Assembly: GCA_002189035.1 (NCBI GenBank)
Contig: NEEC01000007.1
Coordinates: 124,001-188,000 of the forward strand
DNA: 64,000 nt
Reading direction: 5' to 3'
DNA from: Utricularia gibba
Taxonomy: Eukaryota; Plantae; Magnoliophyta
Position numbers and translations under genes: made by a program. This document shows, in pieces, positions 59,686 through 64,000 of this stretch (position 1 is its first letter; each line of letters opens with the position of its first letter). The notes under the pieces are model-generated. The model saw only the letters and a list, made by a program, of their open reading frames with translations, was not told the origin of the DNA and ran no database searches.

Positions 59686-61224
59686 CTCGGTACTTTCTAG
59701 AGGTTCACCTACAGAACGTGCAAAGACAGAAAATTTCGATTCAAATCGAAACTCTCAACATGGGTTCGGAAGAGGGAACCCAACTGGGTGGCAAGTTGTA
59801 ATACGGCGGAAATCCTTTGACGGGTGTTTCGAAGTGGAGATGGTTCTGGAGATGACAGAAACTTGGATCGAATACGAGATTTTTTAATTGAGGACGACGC
59901 AACAGAGACGAGAAAGCCTTGTCCCGTTGCAGCAGGACTTGTATTTCTTCGCCATTCCGTGAAACGACGTCGTCAAGGGGCTCTTGGACAGGGATGAATC
60001 ATCATCACCGCAGCATTGGGCTTGGACTTTGGAACGACCCAAAAAGGAGATCCAATTGGCCCAAGAAAAAAACTGGAGGGGTAGTTGGGAACTTTCACAT
60101 CCGCCAATTCATGAGTCATGAGAGGACAAGGCGTCTGTATGTACTGAATTATTGAATTTGAGCAAGAAGATTCTCTTTGTAATGAATTCGTTACAAATGC
60201 GACATGTTTTCTTGTCTCACTTGAATCCAGATGGTATGTACATATAAAAATATTCAGCAGAATGATTCAGCAAAAGAACTTGAGAAGTTTTTTGATTTTT
60301 GAGTCTCTGGTTTGGTTATACCGATCAACGAATGACGTTCTTTTAGTTGGAGTGGAGTTGGGATTTGTTGACTCATCCTCGGAAGTTCGAACGGTCCCTC
60401 CCTTGGGTTGCCCGTCAAACTTGTGTACTCAAGAGTTCATTATAAAGGAAAAAGGAAGGTGGAGTTTCCGCAGCATTTTTTTACTCAAGAGTCCTTCCTT
60501 TCGACGCTCTTATTTCAGCTTTAGGAAGAACGGAAGCAGTTCCCTTTGCAATTCGGGTTCAGTCAAAGTTGCTCGCCCCAAACCTAAAAGCGACTTGGGC
60601 ATTTGCTGGGCCAGTTTCGTGTTGTCGTCTTCTTTAATCATTTTCTTTTTCAAAAATCCGAGGCCTGTGATCGCAAACTGAATGTGGGTGGTCTCATTTT
60701 TCCATCTTTCGGTCTAATAGGACAAAAGTTTGCCTTTATGTGCTTGTGGGTTCTTCGTTGTGCGACACTAAGGATAGTTCAGAATTCTGAAAGGTCAGCA
60801 TTTTAATTGCTTCTAGGTGGCAATGCGAGAGTGGACGAGCAAAAAAGTTTTGTAGAACTGCGTGTTTTTTGGGGGTGAAGTCTTCATTTTTATGTCATTA
60901 TACTGTGGAAATTTTCGTTTGCAATACTCATGGAAGTTAATGTTGTGAATAGAATTCGAGTTTAACTGAAGTAAACAGGCATGGCTTCTACTGCATTTGT
61001 TTCCTCTCATACTGCTTTTCGATTTCAATTTCTGAGTTATCTCTTTCTATGGTTTATCAAGATTGAGATTGAGCTACGGCTGTCCATGCTGTAAGAAAAA
61101 GCCAGAATTTGGATTTGGGGTTGTTCCTTCAACTTTTCTGGAGTTGAAGCTTACAATCTTGGACTAAGGATGAAAATGGTGGTTGCAGGGTAAATAGTCT
61201 CTAGAAGTGGCTACATGTTCCTCA

Positions 61225-63010
61225 ATGTCTGAAACTGCTTCAGTGGATGATCCTCGTGAACCACCCAATTACGATGAGGTTTCTATGCAGCAGAGTTTGC
61301 TTTTTTCTCATAGTTTAGAGGTACTTAATCGCTTGGCATATCACTCACACTGTTTTCATTGGTTAGTGCATGAAATCCTAGAAAATCTTTGTTGAAAGGT
61401 GGATTTTTCTAACTGCTGTTATAGTTGTTCAGCATTTTTCTTGTTTTCCTTGTATCTGCAGGATTTGAAGAACCTTAGGAAACAGCTTTATTCAGCTGCC
61501 GAATACTTTGAATTTTCATACACGAATGACGACGAAAAACATGTGTGAGTTGCCCAGAAAGCTGTTGTGCTCAATACTCACCTGCCAAGTATCAATCTAT
61601 GCAGAAAACATGTTCTGCATGCCAAATATCAATCTTTCCTTGCTATATGTAACATGCTGTCTGCTTCTAAAAAAAATGCAGAGTTGTGAACACCTTAAAA
61701 GATTATGCCATTAAAGCCCTTGTGAATACAGTGGACCATTTGGGGTACGTAAGTTACAAGGTAAATGGTTTACTTGATGATAAGGTCGATGAGGTTTCTG
61801 GAGCTGAACTTCGGATCTCCTGCATCCATCAGGTATGCATGCAGTTGTGCTCTACAGACCGAAATTCATTTTGATTCTGATCCTTGTTGCATTTCAGAGA
61901 CTGCAAACGTGCCAGGAGTACATCGAACATGAAGGGATTTCCCAACAGTCATTGCAGATGAACACGCCCAAATACTTCAAAAGATACATTTTGCCGTGTA
62001 ATCTCCCCTTTCCTCTGGATCCATCATCCTTCACTGTTCATAACAACGCATGCAACTCATCTTTTTGTGTGCTTTGCATGTTAAGTGGGAGAGACGGTGC
62101 ATCAAGGTGTTGTGGCGAAATCAAAGCTCGGAGGATGCATGATTCAGGACGAAGTAGAGTGGGATCAATTTAAGAATGGTAATAAAATGACTCTCTCCGA
62201 CGCCATTCCAGCTGCATTTGATAAGCTGTTGATTTTAATGCTTTTCCTACAGCCATTCGAGCAAAGATGCAGGAATCCCTCCTACTCACACAAGTCAGGT
62301 GAGTCTATGTGGAACCATCCATCATCAGATTTGTTTTAACAACCTGTAGTGAGAAAGCTCGACTGTTCACAACTATTTCATTCCAGTAAACGGGTCTCTC
62401 AATCGACTCCTCCATTGAAACTTGCACCCAAGGATGGAAACCTTCCTTTCCCAAGCAACAAGCCAAGCAAAGATTCAGGTCTCTTCTTTGTCTTGCTGAA
62501 AATGTGATGCTGTGCGTGTTGCGTGGATGCCCATGGCCATTCAGATAAAGCTGTTGCATAGCTATTTTGCTTCTGTTTGAGATTGAAGTTCCGTTGCTTT
62601 GATTTTGTGCAATTCAGGGAGGACAGATGCATCGCCGCGCAGGTTTCCTTTTTTCCGGTCGAGCTCACTCTCCATCAAGGCATCGACACCAAGAGCATCA
62701 CGGTCGAGCACACCGAATAAGAGCCGGCCCACCACCCCCGACCCGTCGATGCACCGTCAATTTGTGCGCTTCCCGATCTCATTCTCTCTTCATGCATGCA
62801 CACATCATCGTAGTGATGTTCTCTTGTGTCCTGTTTCAGTACATCTCAGAGCCTCGAAAATCATCATCCGCACAGACGTCGGTGGGTAAAGGGAGCCCTA
62901 AACACAGTGGGGAGCTTTCGAACAAGAGCAGGAACCTTCTAAAATCGCTGCTGTTGCAGCGGAAGTCGAGAAGAGACGATATGCTCTACACCTACCTTGA
63001 TGAGTACTGA
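61225..63010 (+). CDS. ABI-like (ABIL) SCAR/WAVE complex subunit, about 9 exons
   Basis: [18 protein letters not shown]|[20 protein letters not shown]; [28 protein letters not shown]; [18 protein letters not shown]; end [24 protein letters not shown]. Confidence 0.92.
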
Positions 63011-63840
63011 TGGAGAAGGCGGAATGCGTTACAGATTGATGATTCTTCGCTCATGCCCTTTCGGGCTCCATTATGTTCTCATCTTCCTATGAACAGCTCA
63101 GGAAAGAATAGGAATTAACTGGTAGCAGAACTCTGATCAGCCAAAAGGATGAGAAATCCTTTTCCTACATGCAAAATGGGGAACATACGTGACCGCAAAA
63201 CCATATCCTCCCCATCTTTGAGTGTCAGCTTGTGCGTGATGAAGGCTCACATAATCCAACTCCCCCATGCTTGCCTCTAATTTTTATAGCACCACATAAA
63301 CCCTTCACTACCAAACGACTACGTTTCTAGAGTTCAAACAACTTCATATCGTTTCATCCCACAGCAGATGTGAAAAAAAAAGGAACACTGATTTATCCAA
63401 GCCACTGGCTTTAGAATGGGAAAGGATGAAATGCATAGGGCAAAATATAACTGTATTAACATAATAATGACAATACAACGACATAAGCACCAGGAAAGGA
63501 GATATCATTCTCAACATATCCCAAAGTCATCCCAAATTTCATGATGTCCAAATCTGCATACTATAGAAGGATGTATGCAACTTACAAAATGTTCAAACAC
63601 TTCCATGGGTGGAAATCTGTAATTCAGAGTGGAGCGCCGGAGATGACGGCCTCGGAATCACAACTGCAACAATGACAGACTGACTACTGCAATGCAAACA
63701 TGCAAATGGAACCCCAACAGAATGCATGGAACAGGATTACCTATACTAGCCCCCTCCAAGTTTACACGTCAGAGGAAACTAATGACAAACAAGTGCAAAG
63801 TGAACAAGGACAGACACGCGAGGGAATGCATGGATGCACA

Positions 63841-63882
63841 CTATGACAAAACCTACCATGACTATGACAAAACCTACCATGA
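63841..63882. repeat. Perfect 21-bp tandem duplication
   Basis: CTATGACAAAACCTACCATGA occurs twice head to tail. Confidence 0.95.
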
Positions 63883-64000
63883 TGCATGTGTAAGAAACGA
63901 TCGGATGCGTTTCAGGGTATTGAAGTATTGCTCAATAAATTGATATACATATATTCCCTGGTTCGGAATTCATCTCGGTCAACCAAATGGCCACCAAGAT

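Noticed and set aside
60262-60806. 139-aa and 67-aa ORFs between ClpX and ABIL
   Set aside because: No homology that I recognise; composition fits promoter or leader sequence.
63692-63943. 83-aa ORF containing the YDKTYHD repeat
   Set aside because: The repeat comes from the 21-bp DNA duplication; no other coding signal.
1-64000. CRISPR arrays, prokaryotic defence systems, rRNA/tRNA, transposase or retroelement ORFs
   Set aside because: None seen. The spliced gene structure shows plant nuclear DNA; MinD and ClpX are nuclear-encoded organellar genes, not bacterial contamination.

Overview
Gene-dense nuclear DNA of a eudicot plant with short introns (mostly 65-140 nt). It is not prokaryotic, and I found no rRNA, tRNA, CRISPR array or recognisable transposon. 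About 22 protein-coding genes are supported: EMS1-type LRR-RLK, HsfB2, remorin, CCHC zinc-knuckle protein, SPPL1, C2 protein, a large uncharacterised protein, CrRLK1L, a CPuORF-bearing unknown protein, MinD, GH28 polygalacturonase, ERdj2/Sec63, MAKR, reticulon, WDR91-like, plastid pyruvate kinase beta, DUF3143, CRF-type ERF, SFT2/Got1, CCT protein, CBL, ClpX and ABIL. Several signals are missed by the ORF track. These are a MIR393 hairpin (10405-10515), a 39-aa conserved-peptide uORF ending RPEWV (23286-23405), and two minor-spliceosome (U12) introns in the WDR91-like gene (one AT-AC). There are also five probable GC-AG introns, three decayed gene fossils (SGT1, ATX3/4/5-type SET, BOBBER/NudC), and a CBL gene with two precise intron losses and a damaged EF-hand 4. 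Six genes carry single-base frameshifts in G/C homopolymers, most likely consensus errors. Arabidopsis locus IDs, reference motifs and canonical exon lengths are recalled from memory and need verifying. Nothing here proves a wholly new biological system; the best leads are the fossil cluster, the CPuORF and the non-canonical splicing hotspot.
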